Shown here one piece after another: positions 39,356 through 51,992 of a DNA stretch of 64,000 nt (positions within the stretch are counted from its first letter, which is position 1; each line of letters starts with the position of its first letter). The notes beneath the pieces were generated by a model. That model saw only the letters and a program-made list of their open reading frames with translations, did no database searches and had not been told where the DNA came from. The translations under genes and the position numbers were made by a program. Location: the NCBI GenBank assembly GCA_951406725.2, contig OX597815.1, forward strand, positions 72,974,001 through 73,038,000. Direction: 5' to 3'. The DNA comes from Octopus vulgaris. Its lineage: Eukaryota.

Positions 39356-41180
39356 CATGGTATAGATTAATTTGTATTTTAATTTACATGAAATTAGATT
39401 TCATCTTTTAAAACCGTTATTTTAAGTTAGATGTTTACATAGAAATACAAGCCTTATCACAAATACTCAGGAGTAGATGGAATCGTTACGATACAACAGA
39501 CAGAAAATGAAGGAGAAAATTAGAAAAGAACAATAAATACCCAAAGATAGCCATAGCAAATCCAAAACGAGTGCTAGAAATAAGATTATAGGTATAGACT
39601 CACTAATTATCCCAGCTTCTAAAGATGAAATCGTGTTAAGTGAATTGGCGAACGTTGACAATGATATCAGAGCTTCTCCGTGGATTGTGAGTGAATCATA
39701 ACAGAGCTGATGAAGACAGGATATAAGCACTACGTGACAGGAAGAGAGCGAGCGAGAGGGAAGGACAGAGGAAGGAAAAGCAAGACAGACAGACGGACAA
39801 ACTGAGAGATAGGTAGAGAGAGGTTTAATACACATGGGGAAACTATTAGAGAAACATATAAACAAGCAAAGCTTGACTAATTGGTATAATAACACAAATA
39901 AAACTAATAATAAACGTTTCTCTTTATATAAGGAAACAATAAAATGAAAAAAAAATACAAGCTAATAAGCAGAAGAAAAGGTTTCTGAGAAAGACAAAGC
40001 TACTGCGAAACGTAAGACAAAAACATCAATGTGTATCTGCAAAGAGTACGAAAGAAAAATGAAGGGAAAAATTTATTCATGCGCAGTCGTGTAAAACTTG
40101 ATGAAAGCACTATGACTCAGAAGCTCTGGACTGAAGACAGAAACGAAAGATTTGACAATCAATTGGCAGAGACGTTAGAACGTTGGATAGAATGCTTCAC
40201 AGTATTAGTCCTGATTTTCTACGTTCCGAGTTCAAATCCCGCCGACGTTAATCAACTTTACCGCCCTTCCTGCCTTTTTCGAGGTCGTTAAAAAGTGCTA
40301 ATCCAGGGCGGTAGATTAGTAGAACTAGATTCAAATACAGATGCAAATGCTACCAGTTGAAAGCTCCGCATACCGGATGCTAGCAAGTTTGTGGTGTCAT
40401 CAGGAGAGATTGCACACTGTTTCGGGGCCTTCCCCTCGACGATATTATTGAGCACTCACTGAAACGAGGCCCAACTTCCTAGATCAACTGGTTACTAGGT
40501 TTCGCTCAATAGTCTTCTAATCATTGCTCATCCTCTCTTTTTAATGTCGGACTGATTGCTTAAGGGTATTTTTGTTCCAGCTGTTTGCAGTCGTGTAAAA
40601 CTTGATAACGGCTTTGAACTGAAGACAGAGACAAAAGAAGGCAGAGAAGTTAGAACGTCGAATAGAATGCAATACGTTATTTGTCCTGATTTTCTACGTT
40701 CTGAGTTCAGATCCCGCCGAGGTCAATTAACTTTGCCTTCCTTCATGCCTTCTTCGAGATCACAAAATGTGTCAATCCAGGGTGGTGGATTTGGCGGAAT
40801 TATGAAAATATCGGACAGGGTATTTTTTTCTTGGATATTTTTGTTCCGGGGTATTTTTGTCCCAGCAGTTGCATTCTGAGTTCAAATCTCACCATGATTT
40901 ACCCGTTTCCTTTTTTAAACACCACCACTTGGTTCCTTGTGTGTGTGTTGCAGAACCCACTGCAAGCATTTAGACAAAGTCTCTGATACGAGGATACCTC
41001 CCTCCCTCCCTCCCACCGGTCTTGGAGACCTTGTAAAAGAACCACAGGCGCTGTTTTCTCGCTTGTAGTATCCCTTCGATTTAATTAGAAGCCGATTTGA
41101 TAATGTAAACATTATCGATGTCACATACTTAATGTAATGGTATTGTTAGATGCTCTTTTCGCTGCACTGTTTCATGCTTA

Positions 41181-41245
<65 letters not shown>

Positions 41246-41279
41246 TTTAAACTTGTCAGGTCTTAGAAAAACAGATTAT

Positions 41280-41778
41280 AGTTTCGAATTTTGGCACACG
41301 GCCAGCAATTTTAGGAGTAGGAGTAAGTCGATTACATAGAACCCAACGCTCAACTTATAGACCCCGAAAGGCGCGTGGCGTAGTGGTTAGGGCGTTACAT
41401 TCGCGATCGCAAAATTGTGGTTTCGATTCCCAGGCCGGCAGATTGGGGTTTTCGATTCGCAGACCGGCAGCGTGTTGTGTTCTTAAGCAAAACACTTCAC
41501 TCATGCTGCAGTCCACTCAGCTGTAAAAGAGTAGTCCTCTGACGGACTGGCATCCCGTTCAGGAGCAATTTTGTGCTCTCGGTCACTTGCACGCCCTGGA
41601 AACCGGGTGACTGGCCCTGTTAGTTTTAGGACTCGAGACAGTAATACTCAAGGGTGTATGATGCAAATAGAAAACAATGTTAACTTCGGTATGATTTGAA
41701 ATCAGACTGTAAAGCCAGAAAGAATGCCGCTAAAGTATTTTGTCCAACGCACTAACGACTCTACCAGCCAGCCGCCTT
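41280..41778. mobile_element. tRNA-headed SINE (+, ~41370-41640) nested inside a minus-strand SINE A
   Basis: ggcgcgtggcgtagtggttaggg head; SINE A halves at ~41280-41370 and ~41680-41778. Confidence 0.7.
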
Positions 41779-42197
41779 TGGAAAGACTGAATATATCAAC
41801 AGCCATAATCAGATTCGTAGCTACACCCACGGTTCGATATACCAATACTTCCACATCAAACTTGAGAAGGATATAAGCATTCATAAATTGTCGTGTGTAA
41901 CAATGACACGTTTGTGACACTTTGAGTCATGCTTGTCTGAAGTAACAAGGAAATCTAAGGAAAACTGTTCAGATGTTATAAAGAAAACTGAAAACCTGAT
42001 AAATAGCTGTGTCTATCTTTTCTGATCAAATTATCGCCTGTTAGTAAAGACGGAAACTTACTGACGTTCTAAGACCTCAATTGTTCCAATGTTAATTAGT
42101 ACACTACGTATGAGCGAAAAGAATACGGACAGACTCATAGAATGCGCCACTTTAAATGTACCTCTAAATATGGAGTATCGATATTTTCTGACGAAAA

Positions 42198-42540
42198 GGC
42201 GCAGGTGTGGCTGTGTGGTAAGAAGCTTGCTTCCCAACCACATGGTTTTGAGTTCAGTCCCATTATGTGGTACTTTGGGCAAATGTCTCCTACTATACTC
42301 TCGGGCCGACCAAAGCCTTGTGAATGGATTTGGTAGACAAAACGACAGCCCGTCGTGGATGTGTGTGTGTGTTGTGTCCCCATCCCCACACTTGACAACC
42401 AGTATTGGTGAGTTTACACTCCCATAACTTAGCGGTGCAGCAAAACAGACCGATAACAGTCTTAAAAAGAAAATAAGTACTGAGGTCGATTAGTTTGACT
42501 AGAATTCTTCAAGGTGGTGTACCGTAAAGGATAAAAGAAG
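42198..42540 (+). mobile_element. SINE family C
   Basis: ggcgcaggtgtggctgtgtggtaagaagcttgcttcccaacc head. Confidence 0.9.
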
Positions 42541-42624
42541 TTAAAATATCGCCTATTAGTAAGATAGAAACCCATCAAAGTACAATGACCACAAAATCGA
42601 AATAAGATACAAATGTTCCTTCTT

Positions 42625-42847
42625 GAGCCATGTCAGGTTTCCCGGTTTCAGTGGCGTAGAAATTCCCCACCTGGACGGGACGCCGGTCCGTTGCAGGATT
42701 ACTCATTTTTGTCAGCTGAGTGGACTGGAGCAACGTGAGAATGAAGTGTTTTGCTTAAGAACACAACGCATCGCCCGGTCCAAGAATCGAAACCACAGCC
42801 CTACGATCATGAGTTCAACACCCTAACCACTAAGCCACGCGCCTCCG
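42625..42847 (-). mobile_element. tRNA-headed SINE (B/D-related)
   Basis: ggaggcgcgtggcttagtggttaggg head. Confidence 0.85.
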
Positions 42848-43059
42848 CCGAAATCGAAGTGCTAGTACTTAACTATAGAATGAAAATATCTGTACAAATA
42901 ATAATTAGTACACTATGAACAGTTGAAAAGAATATGAACAAATGGGTTTCACGTTATATTCACCAGTCTAAATATAACATTATTCATTTAGTTCAATGAT
43001 ACAATCTTCTCGGAGAACATCCGGTTTATGAGTCTCCCAATATTTATAAACAACGTTTA

Positions 43060-43445
43060 GAAGTTTGCTTCCCAAGCACAAGGTTCCGGGTTCAGTTCCA
43101 CTTCGTGTCTCCTACTATAGCTTCGGGCCGACCAGGGTCTTACGGGTGGATTTGGTGAACAGGAGATGAAGGAAGTCGTCGTATGTGTGTGTATGTGTGT
43201 GTGTGTGTGCGTGTGCGTGCGTGTGAGTGTGTGTGTGTATGTTCGTGTCTGTGTTTGTCCCCACCACCGCTTGACAATAGATGCTTGTGTGTTTACTTAC
43301 CTGTAACTTAGCGGTTCGGCAAAAAGAGACCGATAGAATAAGTACCAGGCTGGGGTCGATTCATTCGATTAAGAAAATTCTCCAAGGTGGTACCTCAGCA
43401 TGACTGCAGTCTAATGACCGAAACAAGTAAAAGGTAAAAGATAAT
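43060..43445 (+). mobile_element. SINE family C
   Basis: Head, internal (TG)n and 3' aaacaagtaaaag. Confidence 0.85.
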
Positions 43446-43549
43446 GTATCACACATTCTATACAATCCCCTCGTAATTCTACGAAAAAGGAAAAAAAAAG
43501 TTTAACAACAAACAACACTAACGTTGAAAATGACAGACCATTGAGCTGC

Positions 43550-43880
43550 TGAGACCCCCTTCGGTCATGACTGACCATGGGATTGCACCTAGGAAGTTAC
43601 CCTCCCAGACACAAGTCCGGGCAATATTGTTTATGGAAGACCAGCAGTCGCCCCATGCATACCGGCCTCCCCTCTCCACGCCACCAGTGTAATCCAAGGG
43701 AAAGGCAAATGCCGATACATCTTGGTACCTGTAACGTCGCAACTCATTTCTACAGCAGAGTGAACTGGAGCAACGTGAACTAAAGTGTCTTACTCAAGAA
43801 CACACCACGCAGCCCAGTCCGGGATTCGAGCTCACAACCTCACGATCGTAAGCTCGATGCTCTAACCACTAAGCCATGCG
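43550..43880 (-). mobile_element. SINE family D
   Basis: Homologous to 21730-22052. Confidence 0.88.
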
Positions 43881-44148
43881 ACTTGATATGACAGATCATA
43901 TATCATAGCAAATTAGGTATTGCACACTTTCAAAATACAGCAGTGACTTTCAACTTAAAAAATGAAATTTGCACGGCCAGCTGTCACTCGCAAACGAGTA
44001 TGACCTTGTAATGTTTACTCTGTTTTTGCTAATTGTTTTAGGCGTTTGTGTTGTCTTGTGGAGACATAGACACCTAGTCATCCTTTCGGCCCGTCACTCT
44101 TGACCTAGTAGAACATCCAGGATGATGGCTAGAGGGAGAGAGAGAGCG

Positions 44149-44181
<33 letters not shown>

Positions 44182-44207
44182 GGAGCTGCACCTGTACAAC
44201 ACTTCTA

Positions 44208-44654
44208 TTCATCCAGTAAAGTGTTGAGAGCTATATTGTAATATATAAGATGTCAGCAACGAAACACAACGCGCCGCCCAATTCAGGAATTGAACTAATG
44301 AAGTTATGAATATAAACTGAATATCCTATTAATTTCTATCAAAAATGAATGTGATTTCCATCATTAGCATGCAAAACTACATCAGTCAAAATAATTTTTT
44401 AAAATTCCGACGATAGTGTTAAGGAAAATGTGAAGATCCCAAGATCCCAACGAGCTTCGGTTTAATTTCAGTCAACCAATCTCCACTCCCAAGATATTGG
44501 TTATCTCGAGACTTGCAACAAAGGTGAGGTGCTACGTAGTGTATCGAATTCTGAACCACAAAGCGAACTTCTTAACCACATGATTATCCTTGAACCTTCT
44601 CTTCATCCAGTAAAGTGTTGAGAGCTATATTGTAATATATAAGATGTCAGCAAC
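44208..44654. repeat. Perfect 53-bp direct repeat (44208-44260, 44602-44654)
   Basis: ttcatccagtaaagtgttgagagctatattgtaatatataagatgtcagcaac occurs twice. Confidence 0.95.
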
Positions 44655-44694
44655 ACGACCACTAAGTCGAAGTTGACTGTTACTATCATTAGTC

Positions 44695-44955
44695 TTTTAT
44701 TTTTTTCAGTCATTGAACCGTGACCATACTGGAGCACCACCGCGAAGGATTTAGTCGAACAAATTGACCACAGTGTTTATTTTTATGCCTGGTACTTATA
44801 CTATCGGATCTCTTTTGCTGAATCGCTAAGTAGCTGGAACGTGAACAGACCAATACCGGTTCTTGAGATGGGCTGGGTGGGACAAATACAAAGACACACA
44901 TGCATATACATACATACATACATACATACATACATACATACATACATACATACAC
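44695..44955 (-). mobile_element. SINE family C 3' part
   Basis: ctggagcaccacc..ttagtcgaacaaatt..ctcttttgctgaatcgctaag. Confidence 0.75.
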
Positions 44956-45984
44956 ATATGTGTGTATGAATGTATGTGTGTATATGATGTTATTTATTCT
45001 TGTAAAGACATATACTACTCATATTTCACGCACTTCGTCAAATCTATATAATGTCATAATAAGTTCCATACCCCCAAAACCTTAAACTAAGATAGTCAGC
45101 CTCGCAATCTACTACATAAAAAATACTAACCCCCACCTACTCCTTTCTTTCTCTCTCTCTCTCTCATATACACGTCACTAATTTCTTCCAAATTCTTCAA
45201 ATCAACTATTTCACACTTCCCCCTTAACCTTCCCACCCTCCCCAGTCCCCAAAAGTACTTAACAATACCCCACTCCTTTGAAAACTAACCACTCTACGTC
45301 TTCCCCATCCCTACTCACACCCCTGTATTCAATTCCATACTCTATTAGCCATAGCACCCCTCCAATACCAACCCATTTCATTCGTCCCACTAACAACTAC
45401 TTTTGACAACCTTCTCACCCCCCAGCTGCTGAACCAGTCAATTCATTTCCCTCAAATAATAGCCATCCCTGTTTCTGTATCTCAACCTTTAACTCTATAG
45501 CCTTGATAAATCACTCTTCCCCCTTCCTTCCCCCTGCCACCTCTACTACTGTCTCTAGCTTCATTATTAACCCTAACCCCAAAATCTATTTCCTCCTCCT
45601 ACTATTCTCTGTCTAAACACCCTCACCTCCTCTTTCTAATACATTTAGTTCACCACAAAATATTTTCATCTTTAATCTCCATTCTGTCAACACCTCAAAT
45701 GTAAAATTATTGTCTGAAGACGGAGGCTGGTTGTATCCGATGATGGAATCAAGTTACAAACATTATTTTGGACCATCAAGACTTCAGAAACAGCTGTTGG
45801 ACTCGTAAATCTCCTACCAAGATATATTTATGTAATTTTGGTAAATGTATCTGTTAAAATGAGATGTCAGTGTTATTTTAATTTTGCGTAATTTAGACGA
45901 CAATTCATCCACCGTATCCTCTGTGTACATACACACATACATACACACATACATAATACATACATACATACATACATACATACA

Positions 45985-46017
<33 letters not shown>

Positions 46018-46669
46018 TCATAATTATATATTTAAATATTAATTTTACCGATATTGTGATCTTTATACGCTGGTCACTGATATAATCATTTTAATGATTA
46101 TGTCATCAATTTATACGATTATATAATTTTAAGTTCTCTATTCATTATATTTGCTCCGGTACTATTCTGACAACCACATGGCTGAGATGGGCGATTAGAT
46201 ATAATGTATACGTGGGAAACGTATGTATATATTGCTATCTGTACGCAAGTATTTATCGATATGTATACATATTTTTCGCTAATATATTATCGGTATACTT
46301 CTACTGATCAGTGTAAAGTAATTATTATTACAAAACACGAAATCTTAGAATATAGAGTTGTCCGAAATTTTATAAATTTTCTTACCCATTTCCTCGCATT
46401 CAACCTGTAAAAAAAGAACAAATTTAGAGTGGTTCGTAGACATTTGACATCTACTTCTAGGGTATTGGCGTTGTCCCTCCAGCGCCCTTAATTGTAATCA
46501 TATATTTATAATTATATAATTAAATATTAATTTTACTGATAGGGTGTTTTTATATGCTGGCCACTGGTATAATCATTTTAATGAATATATCAGTGACCAG
46601 TGATTATAACCTCAATTTATACATATATACATAACACACACACACAGACACACACACACATATTGTTTT

Positions 46670-48160
46670 TTTTTTGTTTTTGTTTTAGGCAGTCTATCTT
46701 GACAGATGACGACGTCGTCATTGATCTGTAGGAGTTGTTTTGATGGCGTTGGCAGGCCCTCTCATGGCTGAAAAGACCGATTCTGGAGGCACATGTCCGA
46801 TTACACAGAGAGCAGCGAAGAGGGCTCCGACGATGATGAGCTCGTCTAGGATTTTGCTGACGTTCCTTGAGTTGTCTGCGCTTTTCTTCGCGAAGTGTAG
46901 TCTGATCGTCCTAAAAATGCTACATATCAGTTTTGCCCATACCCCTCCAGGTAGTACGGTCTGTGGACAGTGTTTCATATTCACCAGTGGGGATGTTGCA
47001 GAGCTTTAAGGATTTCTTGAGATGATCTTTATATTGCTTCTTTGGACCTCCGTGCGGTCGGTTACCCTCTGCTAACTCCCCCAAAAGGACAAACTTGGGT
47101 ATACGGTTTTCTGGCATCCTGATAACATGCCCCACCCAGCGCAGTTGACGTTCGATGATCATGCATTCGATTCTGGTCAATTTCGCTCGTCTCAGGATCT
47201 CCGTATGTGGCATTTTGTCTTTCCAGGTCAGATAAAGGATGCGCTGGAGACAGCGGATATGAAAGGATTCGAGGAGTTTGACATGACTACGATAAAGTGT
47301 CCAGGTTTCTGAGGCATACAGAAACGTGGAAACAACAACAGCACGATAGACCTCGATTTTCGGGGAGAGATTCAGATCACGATTAAGGAAGACCCTATCC
47401 TTGAGATGTCCAAAAGCGTGGGAGGCAAGGCGGATGCGATTCTGAATTTGCTTGAGATGATGCTACCCAAATAGGTGAATTTCTCGGTGTTCTTTGGCTG
47501 GTTGTCTTGGATCGAAAGAGTCACAGGGAGTGAACCATTTTTTGAGCGTTGAAGAATCTCTGTTTTCTTGGTGTTGACCTGGAGTCCAGGCCGACGATAG
47601 GCGTTTCCCACAATGTCTAGATTCTGCTGAAGTCTGGATGGTTCGTGGACGAGAGCTTCGCAGTCTTCGGCATACTGTAATTCAAAGAGAGTGGTGGACT
47701 GAGTCTTTGTTAGTGATTTTACTCTCCTCAAGTTGAAGAGACTGCCATCGTGGCGATATCGAAGTGGGATGCCATCATCGAGGTTGAGGTCGTAGCGAGA
47801 TAGTAAGGTCACATCCACAAGGAACACGTTGAAGAGGACAGGGGCCAGGACACAGCCTTGCTCAACACCGACTTGAACGTTGCAGTAGTCAGAATGATCA
47901 AAACCCAGTGTCACACGTGATTGCATGCCGTCATGGAACTTGCGTAGCATGGCAAGAAGCTTAGGAGGGCATCCATACCTCTGCAGGACATTCCATAATA
48001 GTGGGCGGCTAATAGTATCTAAAGCCTTAGTTAGGTCAATAAAGGCAAACGAGGCATCACGCTGTTGTTCTCGGCACTTCTCTAACAGGAGGCGAGAGAC
48101 GAAGACCATGTCGATCGTGCTACGGTTAGCTCTAAAATCCCCCCAGAGTCTCAATGCGGT
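46670..48160 (-). mobile_element. 5'-truncated RTE-clade LINE (RT domain and 3' end), frameshifted
   Basis: FRANRSTIDMVF..EKCREQQ..FIDLTKALD..GVEQGCVLAPVLF..LQYAED, FTYLGS, QLRWVGHVIRMPENRIPK; tail gactgcctaaaac(a)n. Confidence 0.95.
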
Positions 48161-48288
48161 TTTATATATATATATATATATATATACACATCATATACAC
48201 ATATATACATATATATATATATATATTACATACATACATATACATATACATGCATACATAATTCATACACACACACACACACGTATAC

Positions 48289-48560
48289 GGCATGGCCTAG
48301 TGGTTAGAGTGTTGGACTCATAATCGCGAGATCGTAGTTTCAATTCCTAGCCTGTATGGTGCGTTGTGTTCTTGAGCAACACACTTCATCTCACGTTGCT
48401 CTGCGATCCCTTCGATATCTGACGCGTGGTACACCGTGCACCTGTTCAGACAACGTTGATTTGATGGAGAAAGTGAGCTAATATGCGCACGAACATTTGA
48501 TCACTATAAACAAATCATTCGTGCAGGTGGTTCAACAAAAGCTGAACGTTCATAGTCCAC
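48289..48560 (+). mobile_element. tRNA-headed SINE (B/D-related)
   Basis: cgcatggcctagtggttagag..gtttcaattcc; gtgttcttgagcaacacac core. Confidence 0.8.
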
Positions 48561-48666
48561 AGTATATATATATATAGTTGAAATTTATAGAAAAACAAAA
48601 GACGAACACAGGTGTATGAGCAACAAACAAGTGTATTAGTTTGACGCTCGGGGAAAATAAAGAAGC

Positions 48667-48702
48667 CTTTTACGTTTCGAGCCTACACTCTTCAACAGAA
48701 AG
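48667..48702 (-). ncRNA. Minimal type-I hammerhead motif (core CUGUUGA variant) in a Penelope-like repeat
   Basis: CUUU-CUGUUGA-A-GAGU(GUAG)GCUC-GAAA-CG-UA-AAAG. Confidence 0.65.
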
Positions 48703-48829
48703 AAATAAGAGAAAATAAACAAAGAGGGGAATGAAAAAACTTGCAGATTTCAGCGCCACGCATGGCGAATTGTGAATGTGTGTGTGCGTGTGTGTGTGTG
48801 TGTGTGCGCGCGCGCATGTGTGTGTGTGT

Positions 48830-48990
48830 GACGTAGGAGGGGTTCCACACACTTTCCGCTCACTGAATTACCCCACAAGGCAACAATCAGCCCGATAGTA
48901 GTAAACCCTTGTCCAAAGTGCTGAGTAGTAGGACTGAACCCGAAACCATGTGGGTGCAAAGCAAGCTTCTTAACCACACAGCCATACCTT
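48830..48990 (-). mobile_element. SINE family C head fragment
   Basis: tatggctgtgtggttaagaagcttgc..gggttcagtcc. Confidence 0.75.
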
Positions 48991-49812
48991 TTTCCCCCAC
49001 TTTTTGTTTTGTTTTTGACCTCGAATTTAACAGAAGGCTGCTTATTTTTGTCGTATGACGATCGGAGTAACATAAATGCAAAGTACCTCTTGAGTCCCCA
49101 ATGAAATTGCTTAACATTTGAGCCACATCATAACCATTGGAATGTCAATAGTTTGTGTATGTGTGTGTGTAAGAGAGAGAGAGAGAAAGAGAGTGGCATG
49201 TGTTTGCGTTTTGTGTGTGTGTGTTTTTGCGTGTGTGTGTGTGTGTGTGTAGTTCACTACTCGAGTTTCGCAGTGAAAAGGTCAATTAGTTGGTTCATCG
49301 GATCTATTTTCTGTATTCACAAAGATAGGACTTTCAGGATATAAATAACGACAATATTCGTAAGCAATGAAGAGGAGACAGAAGTGGTGGAAGAAGAAGA
49401 AGAAGAAGAAGAAGAAGAAGAAGAAGAAGAAGAAGAAGAAGAAGAAGAAGAAGAAGAAGAAGAAGAAGAAGAAGAAGAAGAAGAAGAAGAAGAAAATAGA
49501 ACAAGAAAAAGAAGGATAATGACGACAGCTACAACAACAACAACGACAATAGCTATTACAAGTATGATAACCATCGATCCTGAAAGTAGAATAAAATAAA
49601 TTTCTTTCATTAAACTGAAAAAAGAAAAAAAAAATGAAAAAATCGGAAGTGGAAAGGAGTGTAACGAAGTTGGAAAATAAACAACAGGAAGGGGTAGAGA
49701 GAGGAGGAGGAGGAGGAGGAGGAGGAGGAGGAGGAGGAGGAGGAGGAGGAGGAGAAGAAGGAGAAGAAGAAGAAGAAGAAGAAGAAGAAGAAGAAGAAGA
49801 AGAATGAAGAAG

Positions 49813-49847
<35 letters not shown>

Positions 49848-49971
49848 CGACAACGACGACGACGACGATGACTACGACAACAAGAAACTGGAGAACGGAA
49901 AGAAACAAGAGAAAAGAAAGAGGAGTTAGTGGAGCGGAAAATCAAACGTAACCTTTCCAACGGTAGTAGAT

Positions 49972-50013
49972 ATGGCAGGTGCAGAGCGGACAAAAGTTTT
50001 GAACTGGAATAAC
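49972..50013 (+). CDS. Candidate first coding exon (MAGAERTKVLNWNN, phase-0 donor); gene unidentified
   Basis: gatATGG start followed by AAC|GTAAGT consensus donor, downstream of a UTR-like (GAA)n/(GGA)n/(CAA)n tract; no homology evidence. Confidence 0.3.
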
Positions 50014-50829
50014 GTAAGTGTGTTTTTGCAAGGAATAATAGTGATTTTTTGGTGAGTGGAATGAGCTGGTGTCACAAGAGAGAAATTGTAACATTGGAAT
50101 ATAGAAATGCATGATAGTGGATGATGGCTTTAATGGCGGCAGGGTTTCAGTGATTTAACGGAGCGATTATCAGAATAAAGAAAAAAGAAATGTATGATTC
50201 TGGAGTAGGTTGGGTAGAAAGAATATCATACACAGTAATTTTTGTTTTGTTAACAGGTTCATCTAACTGGAAACTGTTTTCTATTCACGTGCGCCACATT
50301 CCTGGAAATAATTCTTCTTAATGCTCTCCAGACCTTTTTCTTTCTTTTTCATTTCCTTTTTTTCTCCTTGTAGCTTTTATTTTTTTCGAAGATCTCCAAG
50401 GCTAATGTGTGTATTTTAAATGTGAGGTCATTATATCGTCATTAATAGATAGTTACAAGATTGGCTGCAGCATTTTTCAAGCTCAGATGTCTGTCACGGT
50501 GGGGTTAATTTGATGCTCTACTGTCCAGTCTAACAATAAGTCCAAACAGATACAATGTACCTCCACAGTATCGTGATGCCATTACTATTCTAAAGCTGTC
50601 ACAAATTTCGTTTGTGAATCAAAGGGCGAAAAAGTGGCGAGTATTTGCGCTGTGGAAGGAATCTAATTTTTCCGCCAAGTTCCTGTTCACACTGTATATC
50701 TTACCGACGTATTATAGACGCGCAAGCAAAACATATCTGCAACACGCTGAAGTGTGGGATCCAGAAATCGCATTGGTTTAAATAATACAGTATTTTTTTC
50801 TGCGTATTGTGTTATCGCTATTACACTTA

Positions 50830-50963
50830 ATCTCCCTGAGATCTACGTTAAGGGCACACGCGTCTGTGGGGTGCTCAGTCACTTGCACGTTAATTTCCCG
50901 AGCAGGCTGTTCCGTTGATTGGATCAACACGAACCCTCGTCGTCGTAACCGATGGAGTGCCAG
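50830..50963 (+). mobile_element. SINE family B 3' fragment
   Basis: ctacgttaagggcacacg...gtcgtaaccgatggagtgcca. Confidence 0.85.
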
Positions 50964-51629
50964 TTAGTATCACATGTGATACACAAGAAAGGCATACATA
51001 CATTTCCTGGCATCCATGCATCATATGTGATACACATATCCTTTTTTTTTCAACCACCAGAGTAACTTGGTGCTTATGGAAGGAGAAGGAATGCTTTATA
51101 TTACTCAGAACATATGAAACGAGGGCTAGCTAAAAGTCTGAAAACAGGCATGGACGTTCAGTACAAACTTATGAAAAGGATTTAGACAAGTAAATGATTA
51201 ATAAAAGAAAGGTATTCCAAGTCAGTGGAGTTCAAAAGAAACCTCTTTAGTGTCAACTGAGACTGCAGAGTCTGTAAAACAATAAACAAAAAATTCGGTT
51301 TAGAACGAATTTCAGAACATGAGCTGTTCTCTGTTGAACCTATCTGAACCTGTTTTCTGAAATCCAGCTTAAAGTCTGTTGTAGTCAGTTAGTGGAGAGC
51401 TTGATGGTTGTCCCTATAAAAGAGAAAATCTTGTGATGCTATTTCAAAACTTGCTGAAAAATTATCATTAATTAGCGGTACTAGTTGTTGGTCTTTGTGA
51501 CTGCTTTTGCGTTAGATCGTTCATGTGTTATAATGGTAGCAGCTTTGTAAGGTGTCGCTAACGTCAGCGCTTTCCGCTTGGTAGCAATTCTCCTGGAATT
51601 CCATTGATGTTATTTGTGCATTTTTTTTT

Positions 51630-51992
51630 ACCTTATATCTTTTTTTCAGTTATGGAACTGTGACTATGCTGGGGCACCGCCTAGGAAGGTTTTATTGAAG
51701 CGAATCGACTCCAGTACTTATTCTTATAAGTGTAGTACTTATTCAATCGGTTATTTTTGCCGAACAGCAAAGTTACGGGGACGTAAACAAATCAACACTG
51801 GTTGTCAAAATGTGGTAGTGACACAAAGATACACATTCATACGACGGGCTTCCACATAGTTTCCGTCTACGAAAAAGTTCACTCACATGGCAGGGCCCGG
51901 GGCTCACGTCTAAGATGTCACGTAGTGGGACTGAACTCGAAAGTACGTGGTTGCAAAGCCAGTTTTTTAACCACGTAGCCATGCTTGCACCT
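51630..51992 (-). mobile_element. SINE family C
   Basis: Degenerate head ggtgcaagcatggctacgtggttaa and 3' ggcggtgccccagcat. Confidence 0.8.

Noticed and set aside
47372-48154. Functional reverse transcriptase gene
   Set aside because: 5'-truncated, YADD changed to YAED, frameshifts downstream; a dead RTE copy.
50250-50380. Possible second exon after ttgttaacag
   Set aside because: Frame continues into T-rich sequence and stops with no donor; not supportable.
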